DNA from: a virus
Virus record (IMG/VR): IMGVR_UViG_3300046455_000477
Span: 1-64,000 of that record
DNA: 64,000 nucleotides
Direction: 5' to 3' (one strand)
The notes below the pieces were generated by a model that saw nothing but the letters and a program-made list of their open reading frames with translations, was not told where the DNA came from and made no database searches. This document shows, piece by piece, positions 39,729 through 47,508 of this stretch (position 1 is the first letter of the stretch; each line of letters starts with the position of its first letter). The translations under genes were made by a program, and so were the position numbers.

Positions 39729-39949
39729 GGCTTTCGCACTCCGTCCATGTGATTCGCCATGTCCTGATAGTGGTGGAGCCAGAACCGGAGCGTCTGCCAC
39801 ACCTCGGGCTCCATGCAGATAAAGTGATCGGTGCCTTCGCGCGGCGCTCGCAGTCGTATCTGGTATCCGTCGAACGACGCGTAGAGGCCGTCCCCTAGAT
39901 ACGTCTCGTCACCGGGGGGTGGAACGCGCTGTGCCTGTTCCTCGCTCAT
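39725..39949 (-). CDS. Hypothetical phage protein (YLGDGLYASFDG family)
   Basis: ATG overlapping the upstream stop; GGAG RBS. Confidence 0.6.
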   Translation of the reverse strand: MSEEQAQRVPPPGDETYLGDGLYASFDGYQIRLRAPREGTDHFICMEPEVWQTLRFWLHHYQDMANHMDGVRKP

Positions 39950-40533
39950 GGCTTCACTCCCTCCAGGCGAACGTGACCGTGCCGAACGTCCCGACGCACG
40001 TTCCGCGCCGATACCCCCCGGTCCCGGCACTGCTGAACGGTTTCGCCCACGCGCCACTTATCGAAGGAAATCGCCATCTCGCAACCGGCTCGGTGCGGGT
40101 TTGCGTCCCGGATCCACACCACGATCCGGGTGTCCGACCGTTTCGCGGGTCCTGTGGTCGGGCTACGCGTCGCCGGGGGGGAACCGGGTGGGGTAGGCCG
40201 ACCGGAGGCGCGGGCCGCTGCAGCCTCCGCCTGAGCCGCCTCCACGGTTGGTCCCCAGGGAACGATCGGGCGGCCGATGAGTTTTTCGATGATCGGGCGA
40301 GCCGCTCCGCCCTCTCCAGCGAAGCTGAGGACGACGCGGGCGTGGTCCAGGCCGACGCTCCGGCAGGTTTCGAACAGTTGATCGGGGGTCTCGACGACTA
40401 CCTCGTGTCCGTTGCTGTATTCTTCAACGTCAGCGCGCCACTTGTTCGTGACCTGGTCCCAGACGTACTCCACCTCCGACGGCGTTAGAGTGGCGAAGAG
40501 AGGGCGGTGCCGCTCCTGTAAGCGAGTTATCAC
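39946..40533 (-). CDS. Hypothetical protein with C-terminal NP.R.G...G.TV putative DNA-binding domain
   Basis: GTG with GAGG RBS; C-terminal domain paralogous to 48577 and 55282. Confidence 0.55.
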   Translation of the reverse strand: MITRLQERHRPLFATLTPSEVEYVWDQVTNKWRADVEEYSNGHEVVVETPDQLFETCRSVGLDHARVVLSFAGEGGAARPIIEKLIGRPIVPWGPTVEAAQAEAAAARASGRPTPPGSPPATRSPTTGPAKRSDTRIVVWIRDANPHRAGCEMAISFDKWRVGETVQQCRDRGVSARNVRRDVRHGHVRLEGVKP

Positions 40534-41028
40534 TGGTGGGTCCTCTTGGCTCAGCGCTCCGTGAAGTCGATCGGGAGCTGGTTGTTGATGCAGAAGTCGA
40601 TCAGTCGCTGACGCGCCCGAACCATCTCCTTCGCCCAGGTTCCCGGCGAGCGAATGTGCTCCGCCGTGATCTGAGCCGCGTCCCTGTTGTAGTCCTGGAA
40701 CGCTCTCCAGACCTCCTCGATGTGAACCGGCATCCGTTCTCTCCTCTAATTGCAGTGACAGGCGGGCGCGCTCCGTGGCGGCCCGATACTCGTCGTCGCG
40801 TCGGCGGGCTTCAGCGACAGTGCACAGGTATGGTCGGGTGTATCGGGACTCCTCGGACCCGACCTGGAACCGGCTGTTGCGCGAGAAGCGCTCGGCGCGA
40901 CCGTCCTCGAAAACAACAACGACGACGGTGCGCGTGACGCGGTCGATCACGCCATACCAGCTCTTGTATCCTGAGCGGGCCGCGATACGCAGCCCAGGCT
41001 CAAAGGTGAGGTAGCTCGTTTCGATCAT
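39946..41028 (-). CDS. Hypothetical protein starting MIETSYL, reading through into the 39946..40533 frame
   Basis: ATGA overlap with the upstream stop at 41025; no in-frame stop until 39946. Confidence 0.45.
   Translation of the reverse strand: MIETSYLTFEPGLRIAARSGYKSWYGVIDRVTRTVVVVVFEDGRAERFSRNSRFQVGSEESRYTRPYLCTVAEARRRDDEYRAATERARLSLQLEERTDAGSHRGGLESVPGLQQGRGSDHGGAHSLAGNLGEGDGSGASATDRLLHQQPAPDRLHGALSQEDPPVITRLQERHRPLFATLTPSEVEYVWDQVTNKWRADVEEYSNGHEVVVETPDQLFETCRSVGLDHARVVLSFAGEGGAARPIIEKLIGRPIVPWGPTVEAAQAEAAAARASGRPTPPGSPPATRSPTTGPAKRSDTRIVVWIRDANPHRAGCEMAISFDKWRVGETVQQCRDRGVSARNVRRDVRHGHVRLEGVKP
40551..40733 (-). CDS. Small hypothetical protein, nested in an alternate frame of the long ORF 39946..41028
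   Basis: GAGGAG RBS before the ATG. Confidence 0.55.
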   Translation of the reverse strand: MPVHIEEVWRAFQDYNRDAAQITAEHIRSPGTWAKEMVRARQRLIDFCINNQLPIDFTER

Positions 41029-41237
41029 CGCTCGGCAAGCCACTTCGGCATCGTCACGCGAACGTGCTGGACTGCGACGAGGTGCCTCGCGCCGTAGTGC
41101 GGCTTGCGGTCCTCGTCCCAGAGGTGCTCGATGGTCACGAGCTTCTTCGGCAGGTAGTTGCCAGTGAGGATCTTGTAGGCTCGCGGGGTCTCGCGCTTGG
41201 TGTCGAGAACGGTCTGGAAGGTCACGGTAGCGGTCAC
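41025..41237 (-). CDS. Hypothetical early protein
   Basis: GTG preceded by CCGCCAGGAG. Confidence 0.6.
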   Translation of the reverse strand: MTATVTFQTVLDTKRETPRAYKILTGNYLPKKLVTIEHLWDEDRKPHYGARHLVAVQHVRVTMPKWLAER

Positions 41238-41259
41238 GGCGGGTTCTCCTGGCGGAAGA

Positions 41260-41454
41260 TCAGATCGGCTTGACGACGACGAAGCTGGAGCCGTTGCGGA
41301 CGATGAGGCCAGCGGCGGCAAGCTCCTCGATCCGGGCGGCGGGGATGATCGTGCAGCGCTTACGGCTGACGCCCCAGAAGTTTCCGGCAAAGTTGCTGAT
41401 TGGCTTTCCCCGGGAGTAGGTCCAGAGCCAAGCGGCGAATTTTTCGGTTGACAT
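41260..41454 (-). CDS. Hypothetical early protein
   Basis: ATG downstream of a repeated promoter and hairpin. Confidence 0.55.
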   Translation of the reverse strand: MSTEKFAAWLWTYSRGKPISNFAGNFWGVSRKRCTIIPAARIEELAAAGLIVRNGSSFVVVKPI

Positions 41455-41492
41455 CGTGATTTTTCCTAGCGGGGGGAATCCCCGACACCAGC

Positions 41493-41522
41493 TTTGTAGG
41501 CCGATGTCGGGTGTGGATGAAA
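41493..41522 (-). promoter_or_regulatory. Repeated early promoter P1 (TTTCAT-N18-TACAAA)
   Basis: Matches the repeated CTTTCNN-N17/18-TA(C/G)AAA consensus. Confidence 0.7.
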
Positions 41523-41530
41523 GAGAAATT

Positions 41531-41965
41531 CTACTCCAGGCCCAGTTTTCCGGCGCACTCTGGCCCAATTCCGCGATCGATGCTCTCGGGAACCGTCAGG
41601 GCACGACCGCAGCGACCGCAGCGGCCTTCATGCCTGACCTCCAGGCTGACGGTCTCGGGAACCTTCTCGCCAGCGAGGACCTGGTCCGCGAAGAAGCGGA
41701 CGGCCCGAACCGGCAGCGCATCGTCGCTCATCTTGGACTTCTTGGTGGTCCGGAACCCGAAGGAGTCCATCGTCCCGATGTAGGTGAAGTCGCGGGTGTT
41801 GTCCGGACCGGTCAGGGTCGAGACGAAGAAGCGGTCGTTGCGGTTCTCGCAGGACGATACGCGATAGGTGTAGCGGGCTCCCGTCTTCATCGACGAGAGA
41901 GTGAAGACCGCCCGACCGGCGGTGACGAAACGGCGGATGTCGGCGGGGTCGCAGAGTAGGCACAT
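41531..41965 (-). CDS. DUF6011-like Zn-ribbon protein
   Basis: GRCGRCGRALT.PESI.RGIGPEC motif. Confidence 0.75.
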   Translation of the reverse strand: MCLLCDPADIRRFVTAGRAVFTLSSMKTGARYTYRVSSCENRNDRFFVSTLTGPDNTRDFTYIGTMDSFGFRTTKKSKMSDDALPVRAVRFFADQVLAGEKVPETVSLEVRHEGRCGRCGRALTVPESIDRGIGPECAGKLGLE

Positions 41966-41973
41966 AGCGAAGT

Positions 41974-42047
41974 CTCCTGGCGGGAGTGAAACCGGGGGAA
42001 CGCCCCCCGGACCCAGTCTTTGTAGGCTGACACGGACTGGCGCGAAA
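41974..42047 (-). promoter_or_regulatory. Promoter P2 (TTTCGC-N17-TACAAA) + 5' hairpin + CCGCCAGGAG RBS
   Basis: Direct match to the repeated leader. Confidence 0.75.
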
Positions 42048-42077
42048 GACCTTTTCCTAAAAATTCCTCAGGGGCGC

Positions 42078-42110
42078 AGCGCCTCCTGCAGTCGGGCTAG
42101 GCGACCGGGG
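42078..42110. repeat. Degenerate single arm of the inverted-repeat element (copy D)
   Basis: GCGCCTCCTGCAGTCGGGCTAGGCGACC. Confidence 0.6.
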
Positions 42111-42140
42111 GGCGGGTTCGGTAGGCTAGCCTCGGTGTCG

Positions 42141-42419
42141 TCACTGAAGCGTCCTGTGCGGTCGGTGCATCTCCCCTTCGCCCAGGTCCAGGAGCCGCTC
42201 CGGTATCTCCCAGTCGACGAGCCACGACCGAATGTGGGGGACGAGCGTCCCGGGATCCTCTCCGTGCAGTGGAGCGAACTCCGACACGAGCTTCCGCGCT
42301 GCCAGACACATGTCCTCGGCCACGAGGGATATGAAGATCATCATCCTGTCGACCGACACCTCGCGACAGGTTTGGGCAGCCTCGTCCAGCAGCTTGTGGA
42401 CCATTTCCTCGGTCGTCAT
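42141..42419 (-). CDS. Hypothetical protein
   Basis: ATGA overlap; GGAGG RBS. Confidence 0.55.
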   Translation of the reverse strand: MTTEEMVHKLLDEAAQTCREVSVDRMMIFISLVAEDMCLAARKLVSEFAPLHGEDPGTLVPHIRSWLVDWEIPERLLDLGEGEMHRPHRTLQ

Positions 42420-42622
42420 CGCACACCTCCCCTCGATCTGCTGACGATGATCTGCCAGAGTCGAGCGGCGTCGGTGCTGCTCGCCTTGATGAACCAATCG
42501 TAGGGATCATGGCTGAAGCGGAGCCACTCGCTGTGGCTCAGGTATATCCCGACGAATTCCAGCTCGCCGCGATCGATGCTCCGCATGATCAGCAGGACGT
42601 TGTGCAACTCGGCTATGTCCAT
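42416..42622 (-). CDS. Hypothetical protein
   Basis: GGAGG RBS. Confidence 0.6.
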   Translation of the reverse strand: MDIAELHNVLLIMRSIDRGELEFVGIYLSHSEWLRFSHDPYDWFIKASSTDAARLWQIIVSRSRGGVR

Positions 42623-42670
42623 GGTTCAGTCCTCCACTGGAGGGGAGCCGCGTGGCCCCCCTCCGATTGA

Positions 42671-43615
42671 TCAGCCAACCTCGGCCATCACCAGCTTCAG
42701 GGCGGCGCTCTTGTTCTTGTCGGCGCGGCCGAACAGGCTGGAGTTGAGCCGGTGGCTGTCGCTCATCGCGCGTCGCTCGTGATCGGAGAACTGCGTGACA
42801 GCGTTCAGCCAGGCCCAGGCGGTCCCGTGGCGACCCTCCAGGTCGACGCCGATGAGGCCCTCTCCGCGGAAGAGGTTCATCACCCGGTCCACGGTCGGCC
42901 CGTCCTGGGTAGTGAACACCTTGTTCGTGAGCTCCAGCGCCCGGTCCTCGGACAACGGAGCGTTGGCGAGCCGCCGCATGTTGTCCATGAACGTGTCGAA
43001 CGACCGGGGGGCGACCCCGAGGGTTTTCTTAGCTTCGTCGGCATTGAACTTCGCGCTGTGAATGACGCGCACGGGAGCCTCCCCCCGGTTAGCCATCATC
43101 AGCGTGTTGTTGCACACGACGCACACGGTCGTGTAGCGAGCCGTGGTGGCCATGCTGCCGTCGAGAGCCGTGGAGAGGAGCAGGTAGCTCCGGACGCGGT
43201 CCCGATCGTCGATCATCGACTGCTCACCAACGTAAGCGCTGGCGAAGAGCTTCCGGCCACCGAAGAGCGTTCCGGCTGTCGTTATCTGCAGCCCGATGCT
43301 CTCGACGAGGTCCCGAAAGAACTCGATGACGTCACCCGGCTGAACGGTCTGGAAGCCGGAGCTGACAGCCCCGAGCGCTGCTCCGGTGTCGGAGCGAGCC
43401 TGGATGACGCGGTCGGTGACCGTGAAGCGCTCGCCATTGTGCTCGTAGAACGTGGTCTTCGGGATGCACTCCCAGTCCATACCCGCCTTCTGGCGGATCT
43501 CTTCCAGGCTAGCCGATGCGTTGAAGGAGTTTCCCATGCCGTGCCAGACATAGGTGCCTTCGAGATAGGCGAACTCCGCGAACCCGTTGCGGCGGATGGT
43601 TGTCTCGGCGGTCAT
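42671..43615 (-). CDS. DUF932-family (LGT_TIGR03299-like) phage/plasmid protein
   Basis: WHGMG, AG.LFGGRK, VVCNNTL and GTAW..LNAVT...DH motifs. Confidence 0.85.
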   Translation of the reverse strand: MTAETTIRRNGFAEFAYLEGTYVWHGMGNSFNASASLEEIRQKAGMDWECIPKTTFYEHNGERFTVTDRVIQARSDTGAALGAVSSGFQTVQPGDVIEFFRDLVESIGLQITTAGTLFGGRKLFASAYVGEQSMIDDRDRVRSYLLLSTALDGSMATTARYTTVCVVCNNTLMMANRGEAPVRVIHSAKFNADEAKKTLGVAPRSFDTFMDNMRRLANAPLSEDRALELTNKVFTTQDGPTVDRVMNLFRGEGLIGVDLEGRHGTAWAWLNAVTQFSDHERRAMSDSHRLNSSLFGRADKNKSAALKLVMAEVG

Positions 43616-43617
43616 CG

Positions 43618-43860
43618 TTAAATCTCCTTTTCATAAGTAATCTTGGTGACACCAAGAAGCTCCGCCTTGAGACGGAGCGCTGTCAGGCTTTGAGCCTTTG
43701 TCGGACCAAGGCGCAAGCTGCCGGCCTTGCCGACATAGTAGTAGTCAGATGCGCCAAAGCGGGTGAACACCCGCGTCCTGTTAGTGCGCTTGTTGGTCAG
43801 CTCAATGCTGCCACGAGCTAGCAGACCTTCGATGATGATATCTCGTTGAGTTTTAGCCAC
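43618..43860 (-). CDS. Hypothetical early protein
   Basis: GTG preceded by CCGCCAGGAG. Confidence 0.65.
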   Translation of the reverse strand: MAKTQRDIIIEGLLARGSIELTNKRTNRTRVFTRFGASDYYYVGKAGSLRLGPTKAQSLTALRLKAELLGVTKITYEKEI

Positions 43861-43868
43861 GGCGGGGT

Positions 43869-43939
43869 CTCCTGGCGGTAGCCTCGGGCGGGGTGCCCTC
43901 GGTAGCACCTTTCTAGGCGTTCCCTCGGGCTGAACGAAA
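43869..43939 (-). promoter_or_regulatory. Promoter P3 (TTTCGT-N18-TAGAAA) + hairpin + CCGCCAGGAG
   Basis: Repeated leader. Confidence 0.7.
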
Positions 43940-43955
43940 GATGTTTTCCGCGAAA

Positions 43956-44069
43956 CTATCTTTCGTTCCGCCGCTCCAGCCACTGACCAAGGAAAACCCC
44001 GATCAGCACGCCGAGGGCGACAAGTATGGCGGCGTCGAAGAGGTCGAAGGAGGCCCGAAGCGCGCTCAT
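43956..44069 (-). CDS. 37-aa single-TM peptide (not in the ORF track)
   Basis: MSALRASFDLFDAAILVALGVLIGVFLGQWLERRNER; ATGA overlap; GAGG RBS. Confidence 0.55.
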   Translation of the reverse strand: MSALRASFDLFDAAILVALGVLIGVFLGQWLERRNER

Positions 44070-44272
44070 GGCTCGTCCTCATTGAGCATGTCGTCCCACT
44101 CCTCGACGGTCATACCGGTCATGTAGAACTCTCGCTCGCTGGCGGAGAGCTGCGGAAAAGCGTCCTGAATCAGGATACCACCTCGGGTGTAGGCGGCGAC
44201 CTGTTCGACTGTGATGTTCAGCTCCATCGTGCGGACGAAGCCGGAGAAGGCGGAGCGGCGGGTGACGAGCAT
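44066..44272 (-). CDS. Hypothetical phage protein (IQDAFP.LS..EREF..TG family)
   Basis: AAGGAG RBS; recognisable motif. Confidence 0.65.
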   Translation of the reverse strand: MLVTRRSAFSGFVRTMELNITVEQVAAYTRGGILIQDAFPQLSASEREFYMTGMTVEEWDDMLNEDEP

Positions 44273-44324
44273 CGGTACTCTCCTTGCAGCAGCGGGACCG
44301 GGGGACGCCCCCCGGTCGGGTCGG

Positions 44325-44999
44325 TCACAGGCTCCAGTCGCACTCCAGGCGGACGCGGTTCTCGTGGAACGCGGCCCACGCGACGCGGACGCTATTCTCC
44401 ATCAGGTTGGTGCACTGGCTGGTAGACGCCGACAGCCAGCGGCTCTTGGCCATCAGCTCGGTGACGACCATCTCGTAGAGGTTGTCGAACCGCTCGCGGG
44501 TCGTGAGTGGCTGGCCGTTCTCGTTGGTCTTCTCGCCGAGGATCCCGACCCAGTGGGCGACGGCGTCGTAGACGTCGGCCTTGGCGGCGTTCTCGAAGTG
44601 CTTGTCGGCCCAGCCCATCACGGAGCACAGGCTGTTTCCGCGTGCCACTGCCTTCACAAGGTCGGCGTGGAGGCGCTGCAGATCGTCCTTGGCGACCGCG
44701 GACGCGGCGCTCAGGCGGCTCGGGAGCGTCGCCCAGGCGCGGTCCAGAGTCTCTGCGGCGATGAGCGGCCGGAGGTTGTCGATGGCCGACTGGAGAGTCT
44801 CGAGCGAATAGGTGGCGTTCTTCTCCATTGCTTCCTGGTAGTATCCGTCGGTCGTCGCCTTCGTCAGGATGCGGTGGAGGAGGGACAGTCGCTGGCGGGC
44901 GTCGCCCTTCACGGAGACGTCTCTCAGGACGCTGAGGTCGGCGCGAAGGTCTGCGAGGGCGTTGGAGCGGCGCTCGGCACGGGGGATGCGATTGGACAC
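44325..44999 (-). CDS. Hypothetical helical protein
   Basis: GTG preceded by CCGCCAGGAG. Confidence 0.65.
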   Translation of the reverse strand: MSNRIPRAERRSNALADLRADLSVLRDVSVKGDARQRLSLLHRILTKATTDGYYQEAMEKNATYSLETLQSAIDNLRPLIAAETLDRAWATLPSRLSAASAVAKDDLQRLHADLVKAVARGNSLCSVMGWADKHFENAAKADVYDAVAHWVGILGEKTNENGQPLTTRERFDNLYEMVVTELMAKSRWLSASTSQCTNLMENSVRVAWAAFHENRVRLECDWSL

Positions 45000-45023
45000 G
45001 GGGATTCTCCTGGCGGGTGGGGA

Positions 45024-45305
45024 TTAGAGGGTGACGAACTGGCAGGGTTGGCAGTACTGATACCCGCCTTTCGTCCATTTTCCGGCGAAACCGTCCTTGA
45101 GGCAAAAGCCGAGGGGAGCAAGGTTGTAGGCGAAGCCGCTCGGGATGTTCTTCCAGCCACGGTCGCGAAGCTCGCTCGCGATACGGGAGACCGCGATGCC
45201 CTGGGTCATGGAACCGTCCGCGAGCTTGAAGCTGTGGACGAGGCAGTCGAGGATGGCGTTCTGAAGACGGAGAGCGGCGGCAGACATCTTTTGGTCACGG
45301 GTCAC
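45024..45305 (-). CDS. Hypothetical early protein
   Basis: GTG preceded by CCGCCAGGAG. Confidence 0.6.
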   Translation of the reverse strand: MTRDQKMSAAALRLQNAILDCLVHSFKLADGSMTQGIAVSRIASELRDRGWKNIPSGFAYNLAPLGFCLKDGFAGKWTKGGYQYCQPCQFVTL

Positions 45306-45313
45306 GAGGGTAG

Positions 45314-45389
45314 CTCCTGGCGGGAGGGTTGGAGGCTCGGGCCACCGGCCCGACCCCAGCTTTGTAGGCCGATCACTCCTGCGGCGAAA
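45314..45389 (-). promoter_or_regulatory. Promoter P4 (TTTCGC-N17-TACAAA) + hairpin + CCGCCAGGAG
   Basis: Repeated leader. Confidence 0.75.
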
Positions 45390-45615
45390 GATCTTTCCCG
45401 AGAAATATTCTTTCGTCCTCGGCAGCTCGCGCCTCTCCGATCCACAGCGCCTGGAGCTGCGCATCACTGCGCCGCAGGCCATGGGATCCCGACGTCCCTG
45501 CGTCGGCATAGCAGATCGGGTTCCCCATCACCCGGCATACCGGGCACTCCGGACAGATGCAGGCCTCTGTAGCACGACCGCAGACGTCGCACGGACCCGA
45601 TCTCCAGTGTAGCAT
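45373..45615 (-). CDS. Cys-rich (Zn-finger-like) hypothetical protein
   Basis: CxxC..CxCxxCxxC...C pattern; AGGAG RBS. Confidence 0.55.
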   Translation of the reverse strand: MLHWRSGPCDVCGRATEACICPECPVCRVMGNPICYADAGTSGSHGLRRSDAQLQALWIGEARAAEDERIFLGKDLSPQE

Positions 45616-45672
45616 ATCACTCACTCCTAGAAAAGGCCAGCCCCCCGGTTTGTCCGGGGGGCGTGACCGGGT

Positions 45673-46599
45673 TCAGCCGATGGACTTGCGGGCGGCTCCG
45701 CCCCCGACCTGACGGTCCAGGCCGATGTCCCGGCCGGACTGTGATCCGGAGTTGTAGGCGTTCCAGTCGACGCGAGCGGCCTCCTTCGCCTGGCGGCGCT
45801 GATAACCCTCGTACCAGCGGCGATCCCGGGCCTCGCGCTTCGCGCGCTCGGCGGGGGTCTCCTGCTTTACCGGCTCCACCGCCTTGCGGGCGTCGTACTC
45901 GGCGCGCCACTGAGCGGCCCGAGCGGCGGACTCGGCCCGAGCGCGGGTCGTGGTTCCCGGAGCGTATCCGTAGCGGAGGTCGTTATTCAGGTCCTCCTCG
46001 TTCAGGTAGACGTCGGAGAGGACCAGCTCCGTTCCGTTGCCCCTGGGAACGTCGCCACGGCGAGCACGAGCCTCGGCGTCGGCCTTGGCCCGGAGGTCGG
46101 ACAGGCGGCTCTGCAGCCGATCGCTGCATCCGTTGAACCACGACTTCGTGGAGCGGTCCCGCTTGTCCTCGTAGGGGCAGAGGCGCTCCATTGTGGCCAT
46201 CAGGTAGGAGTACATCTCCCGGACCACGAGGATGTTGACGCTGCGGCCGACCAGGCAGTGACGGCGACGCATCCGGAGCTTGCCGGTGCCGTTCGTGCGG
46301 CGGGCGAGGGTCTCGACCGTCCAGTGAGCGCAGAAGTTGGCCTCGGCGACCGCCTTCATCAGCGTGACCTGCCAGTCGGCGGTGGCGGCGATACTGCCGA
46401 CATCCTTCTCGCGGGTGGCGTCGACCGACGCGGGCTCGCTGTCGTCGATGGAGGACATCTCCAGGTTGTACTCGGCGAGGATCGCCTGCGCCTTCAGGGC
46501 GGCGGCGTTGGCCTCGTTTTCGTTGGAGTTATTGCCGGCGAGCGCGAGCAGCTTGCGGACGCGGGCGATGACGGACTCGGGGACGGCTGTCTGGGACAC
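45673..46599 (-). CDS. DUF2786-domain protein
   Basis: ARVRKLLALA....NENEA..A..KAQ..L..YNL; GTG after CCGCCAGGAG. Confidence 0.8.
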   Translation of the reverse strand: MSQTAVPESVIARVRKLLALAGNNSNENEANAAALKAQAILAEYNLEMSSIDDSEPASVDATREKDVGSIAATADWQVTLMKAVAEANFCAHWTVETLARRTNGTGKLRMRRRHCLVGRSVNILVVREMYSYLMATMERLCPYEDKRDRSTKSWFNGCSDRLQSRLSDLRAKADAEARARRGDVPRGNGTELVLSDVYLNEEDLNNDLRYGYAPGTTTRARAESAARAAQWRAEYDARKAVEPVKQETPAERAKREARDRRWYEGYQRRQAKEAARVDWNAYNSGSQSGRDIGLDRQVGGGAARKSIG

Positions 46600-46607
46600 G
46601 GCGGGTT

Positions 46608-46685
46608 CTCCTGGCGGGAGGTGGTGGGCTCCGGAGGCTCCCCCCGGACCCCAGCTTTGTAGCCGGAGAGTCCGGGGGAGGGAAA
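46608..46685 (-). promoter_or_regulatory. Promoter P5 (TTTCCC-N18-TACAAA) + hairpin + CCGCCAGGAG
   Basis: Repeated leader. Confidence 0.75.
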
Positions 46686-46717
46686 GACTTTTCCTGGGGT
46701 GAAGCAAGAATAATCCG

Positions 46718-47212
46718 TTAGCCAAACATTCCGGGAAACTCGGCGCTCTCGACCTCGTCGGCGGCCTCGTCCAGCGCATCGGCGGCCTCCTCCAGCTCCT
46801 GGAGCTCGTCCCCGAGCTTCTCGGCCTCCGCCTCGTCCTCGCGGAGCTTCTCGACGACCCCCCGCATCTCCTCAGCAGCTGCGCGGCCAAAGTTGGCGAT
46901 GTTGCTGGCGCGAGTGGCCCGCGACTCCGCCCCCCGCTTCCGGCCGCCACGCATCATCACGCCGACGGTGGCGACGACGTCCCGCAGCAGCTCCTCGGCC
47001 TCCATGGACAGTTCGGGCTTACACCCGTCGATGCCCTCCAGGATGTCGGCGGTCTCGCCCAGGGTCTGGATGCGCGGGGTCTCGGCGAGTCCTCCCTCGG
47101 CGTTGTCGACGATCTCACGGAGCTCCTCGGCGAGGGACTCGGTGTCGGCGTAGAAGATGTCAATGGCGTTCGGCACGGACGTCTTGATGGTCTCGAGTTT
47201 GTAGCGTGACAC
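46718..47212 (-). CDS. Acidic coiled-coil hypothetical protein
   Basis: AAGGAG RBS; GTG start. Confidence 0.65.
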   Translation of the reverse strand: MSRYKLETIKTSVPNAIDIFYADTESLAEELREIVDNAEGGLAETPRIQTLGETADILEGIDGCKPELSMEAEELLRDVVATVGVMMRGGRKRGAESRATRASNIANFGRAAAEEMRGVVEKLREDEAEAEKLGDELQELEEAADALDEAADEVESAEFPGMFG

Positions 47213-47224
47213 GGTGGGCTCTCC

Positions 47225-47413
47225 TTAGGAAATTTGACCGGCGGCGCGAGCCTTGGCGACAGCGGCGGCGCTCGGGGCGCGACCGAAGAGCGCGGTCCAG
47301 TCGGCGACGTACTTGGCTTCGGTTTTCACGGTATAGGTCTTGGCGGGCTTGGCGACAATGCCGAGGCGGGCGAGGCGGCGAGTGACGCGGTCGGGCTTGG
47401 AATCGTGGCTCAC
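47225..47413 (-). CDS. Small basic hypothetical protein
   Basis: GTG with AAGGAG, downstream of P6. Confidence 0.6.
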   Translation of the reverse strand: MSHDSKPDRVTRRLARLGIVAKPAKTYTVKTEAKYVADWTALFGRAPSAAAVAKARAAGQIS

Positions 47414-47451
47414 GGCGGGCTCCTTGACCGGGGGGAATCCCCGACCCCCTC

Positions 47452-47480
47452 TTTGTAGGCTGACGTCGGGGATCCTGAAA
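47452..47480 (-). promoter_or_regulatory. Promoter P6 (TTTCAG-N17-TACAAA)
   Basis: Repeated leader followed by a CGGGGATTCCCCCCG hairpin, as at P1. Confidence 0.7.
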
Positions 47481-47508
47481 GACTTTTCTTCGGGGTGAGG
47501 TAGGAATC

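Noticed and set aside
44211-45572. 453-aa + strand ORF and other long antisense ORFs (e.g. 1760..2752, 13325..14401, 58867..59949, 62770..63783)
   Set aside because: They overlap well-supported genes on the opposite strand and lack an RBS or recognisable motifs.
46600-46950. N-terminal extension of the DUF2786 ORF (similarly for 7600, 20407, 21287, 43618, 48577, 49879 and 58292)
   Set aside because: The extensions run through promoters or neighbouring genes; internal RBS-linked starts fit better.
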